A DNA stretch of 64,000 bases from the NCBI GenBank assembly GCA_964057225.1, contig OZ059899.1, positions 9,486,001 to 9,550,000 on the forward strand, read 5' to 3'. Each line of letters opens with the position of its first letter. The first letter of the stretch is position 1. The position numbers and the translations under genes were made by a program. A model generated the notes under the pieces. The model had not been told where the DNA came from. It searched no databases and worked only from the letters and a program-made list of their open reading frames with translations. This DNA comes from Auanema rhodensis. Its lineage: Eukaryota; Animalia; Nematoda. Positions 27,485 through 41,874 of this stretch are shown piece by piece.

Positions 27485-28432
27485 TAAATTTTTTTCATTT
27501 CACTTGTCATTCATAAAAATCGAAATTATTTTTTTCAATGATTTTTTTTTGCAATGTGTCATAAGAATTACACAGTTGAACAAAACGTTTTTTAAGAATT
27601 TTCTTTGTTGTCAACATATATATTTTCCTGAAATTCGAAAGCATTTGGGATGGAAATTAGAAAGAAAAGAACTAGTTTTTCCTAATTTAAAACAAACAAT
27701 AAGAAATAAAATGAAAAAGATTGTTAGATATCCAATTTAAACTTATACATTTACTTCGATAAAGAGCCTATTAGATTGAAATTTTATGTCTTACAGTTCT
27801 CCAACAGAACAGACTGATCCTGATTTCTCTATGATTACATAAAACTCCCGTTTGATATAAAAAAAGGAGAGGAATAACGTTTCCAGGATGTCAAGGATAT
27901 CGAATCTAGTGATATTGTAGAAAAATGTAATGTCAGCTCCATAGGTTTTCTCCTAATTTCTCTCATCACAATATTCTTAGTTTTTTTTCTCATAAGAGTT
28001 TCTGAAATCTTAGTTGAACAAGGCCGTATAAAATTTCCTATAATTCGAAAGCATTTGGGATGGAATTTAGAAAGAAAAGAACTAGTTTTTCCTACTTTAA
28101 AACAAACAATAAGAAATAAAATGAAAAAGATTGTTAGATATCCAATTTAAACTTATACATTTACTTCGATGAAGAGCCTGTTAGTTTGAAATTTTATGTC
28201 TTACAGTTCTCCAACAGAACACACTGATCCTGATTTTTCTACGATTACATAAAACTCTCGTTTGATATGAAAAAAGGAGAGGAATAACGTTTCCAGGATG
28301 TCAAGGATATCGAATCTAGTGATATTGTAGAAAAATGTAATGTCAGCTCCATAGGTTTTCTCCTAATTTCTCTCATCACAATTGTCTTAGTTTTTTTTTC
28401 TCATAAGAGTTTCTGAAATTTTAGTTGAACAA

Positions 28433-28505
28433 GGCCGCGTGGCGCAATGGATAACGCGTCTGCCTACGGAGCAGAAGATTGTAGGTTCGAATCCTGCCGT
28501 GGTCG
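28433..28505 (+). tRNA. tRNA-Arg(ACG), consensus
   Basis: Matches consensus. Confidence 0.95.
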
Positions 28506-29452
28506 TAAATTTTTTTCATTTCACTTGTCATTCATAAAAATCGAATTTATTTTTTTCAATGATTTTTTTTTGCAATGTGTCATAAGAATTACACAGTTGA
28601 ACAAAACGTTTTTTAAGAATTTTCTTTGTTGTCAACATATATATTTTCCTGAAATTCGAAAGCATTTGGGATGGAAATTAGAAAGAAAAGAACTAGTTTT
28701 TCCTAATTTAAAACAAACAATAAGAAATAAAATGAAAAAGATTGTTAGATATCCAATTTAAACTTATACATTTACTTCGATAAAGAGCCTATTAGATTGA
28801 AATTTTATGTCTTACAGTTCTCCAACAGAACAGACTGATCCTGATTTTTCTACGATTACATAAAACTCTCGTTTGATATAAAAAAAGGAGAGGAACAACG
28901 TTTCTAGGATGTCAAGGATATCGAATCTAGTGATATTGTAGAAAAATGTAATGTCAGCTCCATAGGTTTTCTCCTAATTTCTCTCATCACAATTGTCTTA
29001 GTTTTTTTCTCATATGAGTTTCTGAAATCTCAGTTAAACAAGGCCGTATATAATTTCCTGTAATTCGAAAGCATTTGGGATGGAATTTAGAAAGAAAAGA
29101 ACTAGTTTTTCCTACTTTAAAACAAACAATAAGAAATAAAATGAAAAAGATTGTTAGATATCCAATTTAAACTTATACATTTACTTCGATGAAGAGCCTG
29201 TTAGTTTGAAATTTTATGTCTTACAGTTCTCCAACAGAACAGACTGATCCTGATTTTTCTACGATTACATAAAACTCTCGTTTGATATAAAAAAAGGAGA
29301 GGAATAACGTTTCCAGGATGTCAAGGATATCGAATCTAGTGATATTGTAGAAAAATGTAATGTCAGCTCCATAGGTTTTCTCCTAATTTCTCTCATCACA
29401 ATTGTCTTAGTTTTTTTTTCTCATAAGAGTTTCTGAAATCTTAGTTGAACAA

Positions 29453-29525
29453 GGCCGCGTGGCGCAATGCATAACGCGTCTGCCTACGGAGCAGAAGATT
29501 GTAGGTTCGAATCCTGCCGTGGTCG
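29453..29525 (+). tRNA. tRNA-Arg(ACG), D-loop GG>GC variant
   Basis: AATGCATA. Confidence 0.75.
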
Positions 29526-30472
29526 TAAATTTTTTTCATTTCACTTGTCATTCATAAAAATCGAAATTATTTTTTTCAATGATTTTTTTTTGCAATGTGT
29601 CATAAGAATTACACAGTTGAACAAAACGTTTTTTAAGAATTTTCTTTGTTGTCAACATATATATTTTCCTGAAATTCGAAAGCATTTGGGATGGAAATTA
29701 GAAAGAAAAGAACTAGTTTTTCCTAATTTAAAACAAACAATAAGAAATAAAATGAAAAAGATTGTTAGATATCCAATTTAAACTTATACATTTACTTCGA
29801 TAAAGAGCCTATTAGATTGAAATTTTATGTCTTACAGTTCTCCAACAGAACAGACTGATCCTGATTTCTCTATGATTACATAAAACTCCCGTTTGATATA
29901 AAAAAAGGAGAGGAATAACGTTTCCAGGATGTCAAGGATATCGAATCTAGTGATATTGTAGAAAAATGTAATGTCAGCTCCATAGGTTTTCTCCTAATTT
30001 CTCTCATCACAATTGTCTTAGTTTTTTTCTCATAAGAGTTTCTGAAATCTTAGGTGAACAAGGCCGTATAAAATTTCCTGTAATTCGAAAGCATTTGGGA
30101 TGGAATTTAGAAAGAAAAGAACTAGTTTTTCCTACTTTAAAACAAACAATAAGAAATAAAATGAAAAAGATTGTTAGATATCCAATTTAAACTTATACAT
30201 TTACTTCGATGAAGAGCCTGTTAGTTTGAAATTTTATGTCTTACAGTTCTCCAACAGAACACACTGATCCTGATTATTCTACGATTACATAAAACTCTCG
30301 TTTGATATGAAAAAAGGAGAGGAATAACGTTTCCAGGATGTCAAGGATATCGAATCTAGTGATATTGTAGAATAATGTAATGTCAGCTCCATAGGTTTTC
30401 TCCTAATTTCTCTCATCACAATTGTCTTAGTTTTTTTTTCTCATAAGAGTTTCTGAAATTTTAGTTGAACAA

Positions 30473-30545
30473 GGCCGCGTGGCGCAATGGATAACGCGTC
30501 TGCCTACGGAGCAGAAGATTGTAGGTTCGAATCCTGCCGTGGTCG
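30473..30545 (+). tRNA. tRNA-Arg(ACG), consensus
   Basis: Matches consensus. Confidence 0.95.
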
Positions 30546-31492
30546 TAAATTTTTTTCATTTCACTTGTCATTCATAAAAATCGAATTTATTTTTTTCAAT
30601 GATTTTTTTTTGCAATGTGTCATAAGAATTACACAGTTGAACAAAACGTTTTTTAAGAATTTTCTTTGTTGTCAACATATATATTTTCCTGAAATTCGAA
30701 AGCATTTGGGATGGAAATTATAAAGAAAAGAACTAGTTTTTCCTAATTTAAAACAAACAATAAGAAATAAAATGAAAAAGATTGTTAGATATCCAATTTA
30801 AACTTATACATTTACTTCGATAAAGAGCCTATTAGATTGAAATTTTATGTCTTACAGTTCTCCAACAGAACAGACTGATCCTGATTTTTCTACGATTACA
30901 TAAAACTCTCGTTTGATATAAAAAAAGGAGAGGAACAACGTTTCTAGGATGTCAAGGATATCGAATCTAGTGATATTGTAGAAAAATGTAATGTCAGCTC
31001 CATAGGTTTTCTCCTAATTTCTCTCATCACAATTGTCTTAGTTTTTTTCTCATAAGAGTTTCTGAAATCTCAGTTAAACAAGGCCGTATATAATTTCCTG
31101 TAATTCGAAAGCATTTGGGATGGAATTTAGAAAGAAAAGAACTAGTTTTTCCTACTTTAAAACAAACAATAAGAAATAAAATGAAAAAGATTGTTAGATA
31201 TCCAATTTAAACTTATACATTTACTTCGATGAAGAGCCTGTTAGTTTGAAATTTTATGTCTTACAGTTCTCCAACAGAACAGACTGATCCTGATTTTTCT
31301 ACGATTACATAAAACTCTCGTTTGATATAAAAAAAGGAGAGGAATAACGTTTCCAGGATGTCAAGGATATCGAATCTAGTGATATTGTAGAAAAATGTAA
31401 TGTCAGCTCCATAGGTTTTCTCCTAATTTCTCTCATCACAATTGTCTTAGTTTTTTTTTCTCATAAGAGTTTCTGAAATCTTAGTTGAACAA

Positions 31493-31565
31493 GGCCGCGT
31501 GGCGCAATGGATAACGCGTCTGCCTACGGAGCAGAAGATTGTAGGTTCGAATCCTGCCGTGGTCG
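31493..31565 (+). tRNA. tRNA-Arg(ACG), consensus
   Basis: Matches consensus. Confidence 0.95.
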
Positions 31566-32017
31566 TAAATTTTTTTCATTTCACTTGTCATTCATAAAAA
31601 TCGAATTTATTTTTTTCAATGATTTTTTTTTGCAATGTGTCATAAGAATTACACAGTTGAACAAAACGTTTTTTAAGAATTTTCTTTGTTGTCAACATAT
31701 ATATTTTCCTGGAATTCGTAAGCATTTGGGATGGAAATTAGAAAGAAAAGAACTAGTTTTTCCTACTTTAAAACAAACAATAAGAAATAAAATGAAAAAG
31801 ATTGTTAGCTGATCCTGATTTTTCTACGATTACATAAAACTCTCGTTTGATATAAAAAAAGGAGAGGAATAACGTTTCCAGGATGTCAAGGATATCGAAT
31901 CTAGTGATATTGTAGAAAAATGTAATGTCAGCTCCATAGGTTTTCTCCTAATTTCTCTCATCACAATTGTCTTAGTTTTTTTTTCTCATAAGAGTTTCTG
32001 AAATTTTAGTTGAACAA

Positions 32018-32090
32018 GGCCGCGTGGCGCAATGGATAACGCGTCTGCCTACGGAGCAGAAGATTGTAGGTTCGAATCCTGTCGTGGTCG
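32018..32090 (+). tRNA. tRNA-Arg(ACG), C65T
   Basis: CCTGT. Confidence 0.85.
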
Positions 32091-33037
32091 TAAATTTTTT
32101 TCATTTCACTTGTCATTCATAAAAATCGAATTTTTTTTTTTCAATGATTTTTTTTTGCAATGTGTCATAAGAATTACACAGTTGAACAAAACGTTTTTTA
32201 AGAATTTTCTTTGTTGTCAACATATATATTTTCCTGAAATTCGAAAGCATTTGGGATGGAAATTAGAAAGAAAAGAACTAGTTTTTCCTAATTTAAAACA
32301 AACAATAAGAAATAAAATGAAAAAGATTGTTAGATATCCAATTTAAACTTATACATTTACTTCGATAAAGAGCCTATTAGATTGAAATTTTATGTCTTAC
32401 AGTTCTCCAACAGAACAGACTGATCCTGATTTTTCTACGATTACATAAAACTCTCGTTTGATATAAAAAAAGGAGAGGAACAACGTTTCCAGGATGTCAA
32501 GGATATCGAATCTAGTGATATTGTAGAAAAATGTAATGTCAGCTCCATAGCTTTTCTCCTAATTTCTCTCATCACAATTGTCTTAGTTTTTTTCTCATAA
32601 AAGTTTCTGAAATCTTAGGTGAACAAGGCCGTATAAAATTTCCTGTAATTCGAAAGCATTTGGGATGGAATTTAGAAAGAAAAGAACTAGTTTTTCCTAC
32701 TTTAAAACAAACAATAAGAAATAAAATGAAAAAGATTGTTAGATATCCAATTTAAACTTATACATTTACTTCGATGAAGAGCCTGTTAGTTTGAAATTTT
32801 ATGTCTTACAGTTCTCCAACAGAACAGACTGATCCTGATTTTTCTACGATTACATAAAACTCTCGTTTGATATAAAAAAAGGAGAGGAATAACGTTTCCA
32901 GGATGTCAAGGATATCGAATCTAGTGATATTGTAGAAAAATGTAATGTCAGCTCCATAGGTTTTCTCCTAATTTCTCTCATCACAATTGTCTTAGTTTTT
33001 TTTTCTCATAAGAGTTTCTGAAATCTTAGTTGAACAA

Positions 33038-33110
33038 GGCCGCGTGGCGCAATGCATAACGCGTCTGCCTACGGAGCAGAAGATTGTAGGTTCGAATCCT
33101 GCCGTGGTCG
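33038..33110 (+). tRNA. tRNA-Arg(ACG), D-loop GG>GC variant
   Basis: AATGCATA. Confidence 0.75.
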
Positions 33111-34057
33111 TAAATTTTTTTCATTTCACTTGTCATTCATAAAAATCGAATTTATTTTTTTCAATGATTTTTTTTTGCAATGTGTCATAAGAATTACACA
33201 GTTGAACAAAACGTTTTTTAAGAATTTTCTTTGTTGTCAACATATATATTTTGCTGAAATTCGAAAGCATTTGGGATGGAAATTAGAAAGAAAAGAACTA
33301 GTTTTTCCTAATTTAAAACAAACAATAAGAAATAAAATGAAGAAGATTGTTAGATATCCAATTTAAACTTATACATTTACTTCGATAAAGAGCCTATTAG
33401 ATTGAAATTTTATGTCTTACAGTTCTCCAACAGAACAGACTGATCCTGATTTTTCTACGATTACATAAAACTCTCGTTTGATATAAAAAAAGGAGAGGAA
33501 CAACGTTTCCAGGATGTCAAGGATATCGAATCTAGTGATATTGTAGAAAAATGTAATGTCAGCTCCATAGGTTTTCTCCTAATTTCTCTCATCACAATTG
33601 TCTTAGTTTTTTTCTCATAAGAGTTTCTGAAATCTTAGGTGAACAAGGCCGTATAAAATTTCCTGTAATTCGAAAGCATTTGGGATGGAATTTAGAAAGA
33701 AAAGAACTAGTTTTTCCTACTTTAAAACAAACAATAAGAAATAAAATGAAAAAGATTGTTAGATATCCAATTTAAACTTATACATTTACTTCGATGAAGA
33801 GCCTGTTAGTTTGAAATTTTATGTCTTACAGTTCTCCAACAGAACACACTGATCCTGATTTTTCTACGATTACATAAAACTCTCGTTTGATATGAAAAAA
33901 GGAGAGGAATAACTTTTCCAGGATGTCAAGGATATCGAATCTAGTGATATTGTAGAAAAATGTAATGTCAGCTCCATAGGTTTTCTCCTAATTTCTCTCA
34001 TCACAATTGTCTTAGTTTTTTTTTCTCATAAGAGTTTCTGAAATCTTAGTTGAACAA

Positions 34058-34130
34058 GGTCGCGTGGCGCAATGCATAACGCGTCTGCCTACGGAGCAGA
34101 AGATTGTAGGTTCGAATCCTGCCGTGGTCG
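34058..34130 (+). tRNA. tRNA-Arg(ACG), C3T plus D-loop GG>GC
   Basis: GGTCGCG...AATGCATA. Confidence 0.7.
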
Positions 34131-35077
34131 TAAATTTTTTTCATTTCACTTGTCATTCATAAAAATCGAATTTATTTTTTTTAATGATTTTTTTTTGCAA
34201 TGTGTCATAAGAATTACACAGTTGAACAAAACGTTTTTTAAGAATTTTCTTTGTTGTCAACATATATATTTTCCTGAAATTCGAAAGCATTTGGGATGGA
34301 AATTAGAAAGAAAAGAACTAGTTTTTCCTACTTTAAAACAAACAATAAGAAATAAAATGAAAAAAGTTGTCAGATATCCGATTTAAACTTATACATTTAC
34401 TTCGATAAAGAGCCTATTAGATTGAAATTTTATGTCTTACAGTTCTCCAACAGAACAGACTGATCCTGATTTTTCTACGATTACATAAAACTCTCGTTTG
34501 ATATAAAAAAAGGAGAGGAACAACGTTTCCAGGATGTCAAGGATATCGAATCTAGTGATATTGTAGAAAAATGTAATGTCAGCTCCATAGGTTTTCTCCT
34601 AATTTCTCTCATCACAATTGTCTTAGTTTTTTTCTCATAAGAGTTTCTGAAATCTTAGGTGAACAAGGCCGTATAAAATTTCCTGTAATTCGAAAGCATT
34701 TGGGATGGAATTTAGAAAGAAAAGAACTAGTTTTTCCTACTTTAAAACAAACAATAAGAAATAAAATGAAAAAGATTGTTAGATATCCAATTTAAACTTA
34801 TACATTTACTTCGATGAAGAGCCTGTTAGTTTGAAATTTTATGTCTTACAGTTCTCCAACAGAACACACTGATCCTGATTTTTCTACGATTACATAAAAC
34901 TCTCGTTTGATATGAAAAAAGGAGAGGAATAACGTTTCCAGGATGTCAAGGATATCGAATCTAGTGATATTGTAGAAAAATGTAATGTCAGCTCCATAGG
35001 TTTTCTCCTAATTTCTCTCATCACAATTGTCTTAGTTTTTTTTTCTCATAAGAGTTTCTGAAATCTTAGTTGAACAA

Positions 35078-35150
35078 GGCCGCGTGGCGCAATGCATAAC
35101 GCGTCTGCCTACGGAGCAGAAGATTGTAGGTTCGAATCCTGCCGTGGTCG
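35078..35150 (+). tRNA. tRNA-Arg(ACG), D-loop GG>GC variant
   Basis: AATGCATA. Confidence 0.75.
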
Positions 35151-36097
35151 TAAATTTTTTTCATTTCACTTGTCATTCATAAAAATCGAATTTATTTTTT
35201 TCAATGATTTTTTTTTGCAATGTGTCATAAGAATTACACAGTTGAACAAAACGTTTTTTAAGAATTTTCTTTGTTGTCAACATATATATTTTCCTGAAAT
35301 TCGAAAGCATTTGGGATGGAAATTAGAAAGAAAAGAACTAGTTTTTCCTACTTTAAAACAAACAATAAGAAATAAAATGAAAAAAATTGTTAGATATCCG
35401 ATTTAAACTTATACATTTACTTCGATAAAGAGCCTATTAGATTGAAATTTTATGTCTTACAGTTCTCCAACAGAACAGACTGATCCTGATTTTTCTACGA
35501 TTACATAAAACTCTCGTTTGATATAAAAAAAGGAGAGGAACAACGTTTCCAGGATGTCAAGGATATCGAATCTAGTGATATTGTAGAAAAATGTAATGTC
35601 AGCTCCATAGGTTTTCCCCTAATTTCTCTCATCACAATTGTCTTAGTTTTTTTCTCATAAGAGTTTCTGAAATCTTAGGTGAACAAGGCCGTATAAAATT
35701 TCCTGTAATTCGAAAGCATTTGGGATGGAATTTAGAAAGAAAAGAACTAGTTTTTCCTACTTTAAAACAAACAATAAGAAATAAAATGAAAAAGATTGTT
35801 AGATATCCAATTTAAACTTATACATTTATTTCGATGAAGAGCCTGTTAGTTTGAAATTTTATGTCTTACAGTTCTCCAACAGAACAGACTGATCCTGATT
35901 TTTCTACGATTACATAAAACTCTCGTTTGATATAAAAAAAGGAGAGGAATAACGTTTCCAGGATGTCAAGGATATCGAATCTAGTGATATTGTAGAGAAA
36001 TGTAATGTCAGCTCCATAGGTTTTCTCCTAATTTCTCTCATCACAATTGTCTTAGTTTTTTTTTCTCATAAGAGTTTCTGAAATCTTAGTTGAACAA

Positions 36098-36170
36098 GGC
36101 CGCGTGGCGCAATGCATAACGCGTCTGCCTACGGAGCAGAAGATTGTAGGTTCGAATCCTGCCGTGGTCG
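36098..36170 (+). tRNA. tRNA-Arg(ACG), D-loop GG>GC variant
   Basis: AATGCATA. Confidence 0.75.
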
Positions 36171-37116
36171 TAAATTTTTTTCATTTCACTTGTCATTCAT
36201 AAAAATCGAATTTATTTTTTTCAATGATTTTTTTTTGCAATGTGTCATAAGAATTACACAGTTGAACAAAACGTTTTTTAAGAATTTTCTTTGTTGTCAA
36301 CATATATATTTTCCTGAAATTCGAAAGCATTTGGGATGGAAATTAGAAAGAAAAGAACTAGTTTTTCCTACTTTAAAACAAACAATAAGAAATAAAATGA
36401 AAAAAATTGTTAGATATCCGATTTAAACTTATACATTTACTTCGATAAAGAGCCTATTAGATTGAAATTTTATGTCTTACAGTTCTCCAACAGAACAGAC
36501 TGATCCTGATTTTTCTACGATTACATAAAACTCTCGTTTGATATAAAAAAAGGAGAGGAACAACGTTTCCAGGATGTCAAGGATATCGAATCTAGTGATA
36601 TTGTAGAAAAATGTAATGTCAGCTCCATAGGTTTTCCCCTAATTTCTCTCATCACAATTGTCTTAGTTTTTTTCTCATAAGAGTTTCTGAAATCTTAGGT
36701 GAACAAGGCCGTATAAAATTTCCTGTAATTCGAAAGCATTTGGGATGGAATTTAGAAAGAAAAGAACTAGTTTTTCCTACTTTAAAACAAACAATAAGAA
36801 ATAAAATGAAAAAGATTGTTAGATATCCAATTTAAACTTATACATTTATTTCGATGAAGAGCCTGTTAGTTTGAAATTTTATGTCTTACAGTTCTCCAAC
36901 AGAACAGACTGATCCTGATTTTTCTACGATTACATAAAACTCTCGTTTGATATAAAAAAAGGAGAGGAATAACGTTTCCAGGATGTCAAGGATATCGAAT
37001 CTAGTGATATTGTAGATAAATGTAATGTCAGCTCCATAGGTTTTCTCTTAATTTCTCTCATCACAATTGTCTTAGTTTTTTTTCTCATAAGAGTTTCTGA
37101 AATCTTAGTTGAACAA

Positions 37117-37189
37117 GGCCGCGTGGCGCAATGGATAACGCGTCTGCCTACGGAGCAGAAGATTGTAGGTTCGAATCCTGCCGTGGTCG
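37117..37189 (+). tRNA. tRNA-Arg(ACG), consensus
   Basis: Matches consensus. Confidence 0.95.
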
Positions 37190-38135
37190 TAAATTTTTTT
37201 CATTTCACTTGTCATTCATAAAAATCGAATTTATTTTTTTCAATGATTTTTTTTTGCAATGTGTCATAAGAATTACACAGTTGAACAAAACGTTTTTTAA
37301 GAATTTTCTTTGTTGTCAACATATATATTTTCCTGGAATTCGAAAGCATTTGGGATGGAAATTAGAAAGAAAAGAACTAGTTTTTCCTACTTTAAAACAA
37401 ACAATAAGAAATAAAATGAAAAAGATTGTTAGATATCCATTTTAAACTTATACATTTACTTCGATAAAGAGCCTATTAGATTGAAATTTTATGTCTTACA
37501 GTTCTCCAACAGAACAGACTGATCCTGATTTCTCTATGATTACATAAAACTCCCGTTTGATATAAAAAAAGGAGAGGAATAACGTTTCCAGGATGTCAAG
37601 GATATCGAATCTAGTGATATTGTAGAGAAATGTAATGTCAGCTCCATAGGTTTTCTCTTAATTTCTCTCATCACAATTGTCTTAGTTTTTTTCTCATAAG
37701 AGTTTCTGAAATCTTAGGTGAACAAGGCCGTATATAATTTCCTGTAATTCGAAAGCATTTGGGATGGAATTTAGAAAGAAAAGAACTAGTTTTTTCTACT
37801 TTAAAACAAACAATAAGAAATAAAATGAAAAAGATTGTTAGATATCCAATTTAAACTTATACATTTACTTCGATAAAGAGCCTATTAGTTTGAAATTTTA
37901 TGTCTTACAGTTCTCCAACAGAACAGACTGATCCTGATTTCTCTATGATTACATAAAACTCCCGTTTGATATAAAAAAAGGAGAGGAATAACGTTTCCAG
38001 GATGTCAAGGATATCGAATCTAGATATATTGTAGAAAAATGTAATGTCAGCTCCATAGGTTTTCTCCTAATTTCTCTCATCACAATTGTCTTAGTTTTTT
38101 TTCTCATAAGAGTTTCTGAAATCTTTGTTGAACAA

Positions 38136-38208
38136 GGTCGCGTGGCGCAATGGATAACGCGTCTGCCTACGGAGCAGAAGATTATAGGTTCGAATCATGC
38201 CGTGGTCG
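38136..38208 (+). pseudogene. tRNA-Arg(ACG) probable pseudogene (C3T, G49A, C62A)
   Basis: T stem ATAGG/CATGC. Confidence 0.7.
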
Positions 38209-39562
38209 TAAATTTTTTTCATTTCACTTGTCATTTACAAAAATCGAATTTATCTTCTTCAACGATTATTTTTGCAATGTGTCATAAGAATTTCACAGTT
38301 GAACAAAACGTTTTTTAAGAAGTTTTTTTGTTGTCAACATATATATTTTGCTGGAATTCAAAAGCATTTGGAATGGAAATTAGAAAGAAAAGAACTAGTT
38401 ATTCCTACTTTAAAAGAAACAATAAGAAATAAAATGAAAAAGATTGTTAGATATCCAATTTAAACTTATACACTTACTTCGATAAAGAGCCTATTAGATT
38501 GAAATTTTTTGTCTTACAGTTCTCCAACAGAACAGACTGATCCTGATTTTTCTACGATTACATAAAACTCTCGTTTGATATAAAAAAGGAGAGGAACAAC
38601 GTTTCCAGGATGTCAAGGATATCGAATCTAGTGATATTGTAGAAAAATGTAATGTCAGCTCCATAGGTTTTCCCCTAATTTCTCTCATCACAATTGTCTT
38701 AGTTTTTTTCTCATAAGAGTTTCTGAAATCTTAGGTGAACAAGGCCGTATAAAATTTCCTGTAATTCGAAAGCATTTGGGATGGAATTTAGAAAGAAAAG
38801 AACTAGTTTTTCCTACTTTAAAACAAACAGTAAGAAATAAAATGAAAAAGATTGTTAGATATCCAATTTAAACTTATACATTTACTTCGATAAAGAGCCT
38901 ATTAGATTGAAATTTTATGTCTTACAGTTCTCCAACAGAACAGACTGATCCTGATTTCTCTATGATTACATAAAACTCCCGTTTGATATAAAAAAAGGAG
39001 AGGAATAACGTTTCCAGGATGTCAAGGATAGCGAATCTAGTGATATTGTAGAGAAATGTAATGTCAGCTCCATAGGTTTTCTCTTAATTTCTCTCATCAC
39101 AATTGTCTTAGTTTTTTTCTCATAAGAGTTTCTGAAATCTTAGGTGAACAAGGCCGTATAAAATTTCCTGTAATTCGAAAGCATTTGGGATGGAATTTAG
39201 AAAGAAAAGAACTAGTTTTTCCTACTTTAAAACAAACAATAAAAAATAAAATGAAAAAGACTGTTAGATATCCAATTTAAACTTATACATTTACTTCGAT
39301 GAAGAGCCTGTTAGTTTGAAATTTTATGTCTTACAGTTCTCCAACAGAACAGACTGATCCTGATTTTTCTACGATTACATAAAACTCTCGTTTGATATAA
39401 AAAAAGGAGAGGAATAACGTTTCCAGGATGTCAAGGATATCGAATCTAGTGATATTGTAGAAAAATGTAATGTCAGCTCCATAGGTTTTCTCCTAATTTC
39501 TCTCATCACAATTGTCTTAGTTTTTTTTTCTCATAAGAGTTTCAGAAATCTTAGTTGAACAA

Positions 39563-39635
39563 GTACGCGTGGCGCAATGGATAACGCGTCTGCCTACGGA
39601 GCAGAAGATTGTAGGTTCGAATCCTGCCGTGGTCG
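39563..39635 (+). pseudogene. tRNA-Arg(ACG) probable pseudogene (G2T, C3A)
   Basis: GTACGCG gives two adjacent acceptor-stem mismatches. Confidence 0.65.
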
Positions 39636-40171
39636 TAAATTTTTTTCATTTCACTTGTCATTCATAAAAATCGAATTTATTTTTTTCAATGATTTTTTTT
39701 GCAATGTGTCATAAGAATTACACAGTTGAACAAAACGTTTTTTAAGAATTTTCTTTGTTGTCAACATATATATTTTGCTGGAATTCGAAAGCATTTGGGA
39801 TGAAAATTAAAAGAAAAGAACTAGTTTTTCCTACTTTAAAACAAACAATAAGAAATAAAATGAAAAAGATTGTTAGATATCCAATTTAAACTTATACATT
39901 TACTTCGATAAAGAGCCTATTAGATTGAAATTTTATGTCTTACAGTTCTCCAACAGAACAGACTGATCCTGATTTCTCTATGATTACATAAAACTCCCGT
40001 TTGATATGAAAAAAAGAAGAGAAATAACGCTTCTAGGATATCAATGATATTGAATCTAGTGATATTGTAGAAAAATGTAATGTCAGCTCCATAAGTTTTC
40101 TCTTAATTTCTCTCATCACAATTGTCTTAGTTTTTCTTCTCATAAGAGTTTCTGAAATCTTAGTTGAACAA

Positions 40172-40244
40172 GGCCGCGTGGCGCAATGGATAACGCGTCT
40201 GCCTACGGAGCAGAAGATTGTAGGTTCGAATCCTGCCGTGGTCG
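40172..40244 (+). tRNA. tRNA-Arg(ACG), consensus
   Basis: Matches consensus. Confidence 0.95.
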
Positions 40245-41191
40245 TAAATTTTTTTCATTTCACTTGTCATTCATAAAAATCGAATTTATTTTTTTCAATC
40301 ATTTTTTTTTGCAAAGTGTCATAAGAATTACACAGTTGAACAAAACGTTTTTTAAGAATTTTCTTTGTTGTCAACATATATATTTTCCTGAAATTCGAAA
40401 GCATTTGGGATGGAAATTAGAAAGAAAAGAACTAGTTTTTCCTAATTTAAAACAAACAATAAGAAATAAAATGAAAAAGATTGTTAGATATCCAATTTAA
40501 ACTTATACATTTACTTCGATAAAGAGCCTATTAGATTGAAATTTTATGTCTTACAGTTCTCCAACAGAACAGACTGATCCTGATTTTTCTACGATTACAT
40601 AAAACTCCCGTTTGATATAAAAAAAGGAGAGGAATAACGTTTCCAGGATGTCAAGGATATCGAATCTAGTGATATTGTAGAGAAATGTAATGTCAGCTTC
40701 ATAGCTTTTCTCTTGATTTCTCTCATCACAATTGTCTTAGTTTTTTTCTCATAAGAGTTTCTGAAATCTCAGTTAAACAAGGCCGTATATAATTTCCTGT
40801 AATTCGAAAGCATTTGGGATGGAATTTAGAAAGAAAAGAACTAGTTTTTCCTACTTTAAAACAAACAATAAGAAATAAAATGAAAAAGATTGTTAGATAT
40901 CCAATTTAAACTTATACATTTACTTCGATGAAGAGCCTGTTAGTTTGAAATTTTATGTCTTACAGTTCTCCAACCGAACAGACTGATCCTGATTTTTCTA
41001 CGATTACATAAAACTCTCGTTTGATATAAAAAAAGGAGAGGAATAACGTTTCCAGGATGTCAAGGATATCGAATCTAGTGATATTGTAGAAAAATGTAAT
41101 GTCAGCTCCATAGGTTTTCTCCTAATTTCTCTCATCACAATTGTCTTAGTTTTTTTTTCTCATAAGAGTTTCTGAAATCTTAGTTGAACAA

Positions 41192-41264
41192 GGCCGCGTG
41201 GCGCAATGGATAACGCGTCTGCCTACGGAGCAGAAGATTGTAGGTTCGAATCCTGCCGTGGTCG
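41192..41264 (+). tRNA. tRNA-Arg(ACG), consensus
   Basis: Matches consensus. Confidence 0.95.
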
Positions 41265-41801
41265 TAAATTTTTTTCATTTCACTTGTCATTCATAAAAAT
41301 CGAATTTATTTTTTTCAATGATTTTTTTTTGCAATGTGTCATAAGAATTACACAGTTGAACAAAACGTTTTTTAAGAATTTTCTTTGTTGTCAACATATA
41401 TATTTTCCTGGAATTCGAAAGCATTTGGGATGGAAATTAGAAAGAAAAGAACTAGTTTTTCCTACTTTAAAACAAACAATAAGAAATAAAATGAAAAAGA
41501 TTGTTAGATATCCAATTTAAACTTATACATTTACTTCGATAAAGAGCCTATTAGATTGAAATTTTATGTCTTACAGTTCTCCAACAGAACAGACTGATCC
41601 TGATTTCTCTATGATTACATAAAACTCCCGTTTGATATAAAAAAAGGAGAGGAATAACGTTTCCAGGATGTCAAGATTATCGAATCTAGTGATATTGTAG
41701 AGAAATGTAATGTCAGCTCCATAGGTTTTCTCTTAATTTCTCTCATCACAATTGTCTTAGTTTTTTTTCTCATAAGAGTTTCTGAAATCTTTGTTGAACA
41801 A

Positions 41802-41874
41802 GGTCGCGTGGCGCAATGGATAACGCGTCTGCCTACGGAGCAGAAGATTGTAGGTTCGAATCCTGCCGTGGTCG
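41802..41874 (+). tRNA. tRNA-Arg(ACG), C3T
   Basis: GGTCGCG start. Confidence 0.9.
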
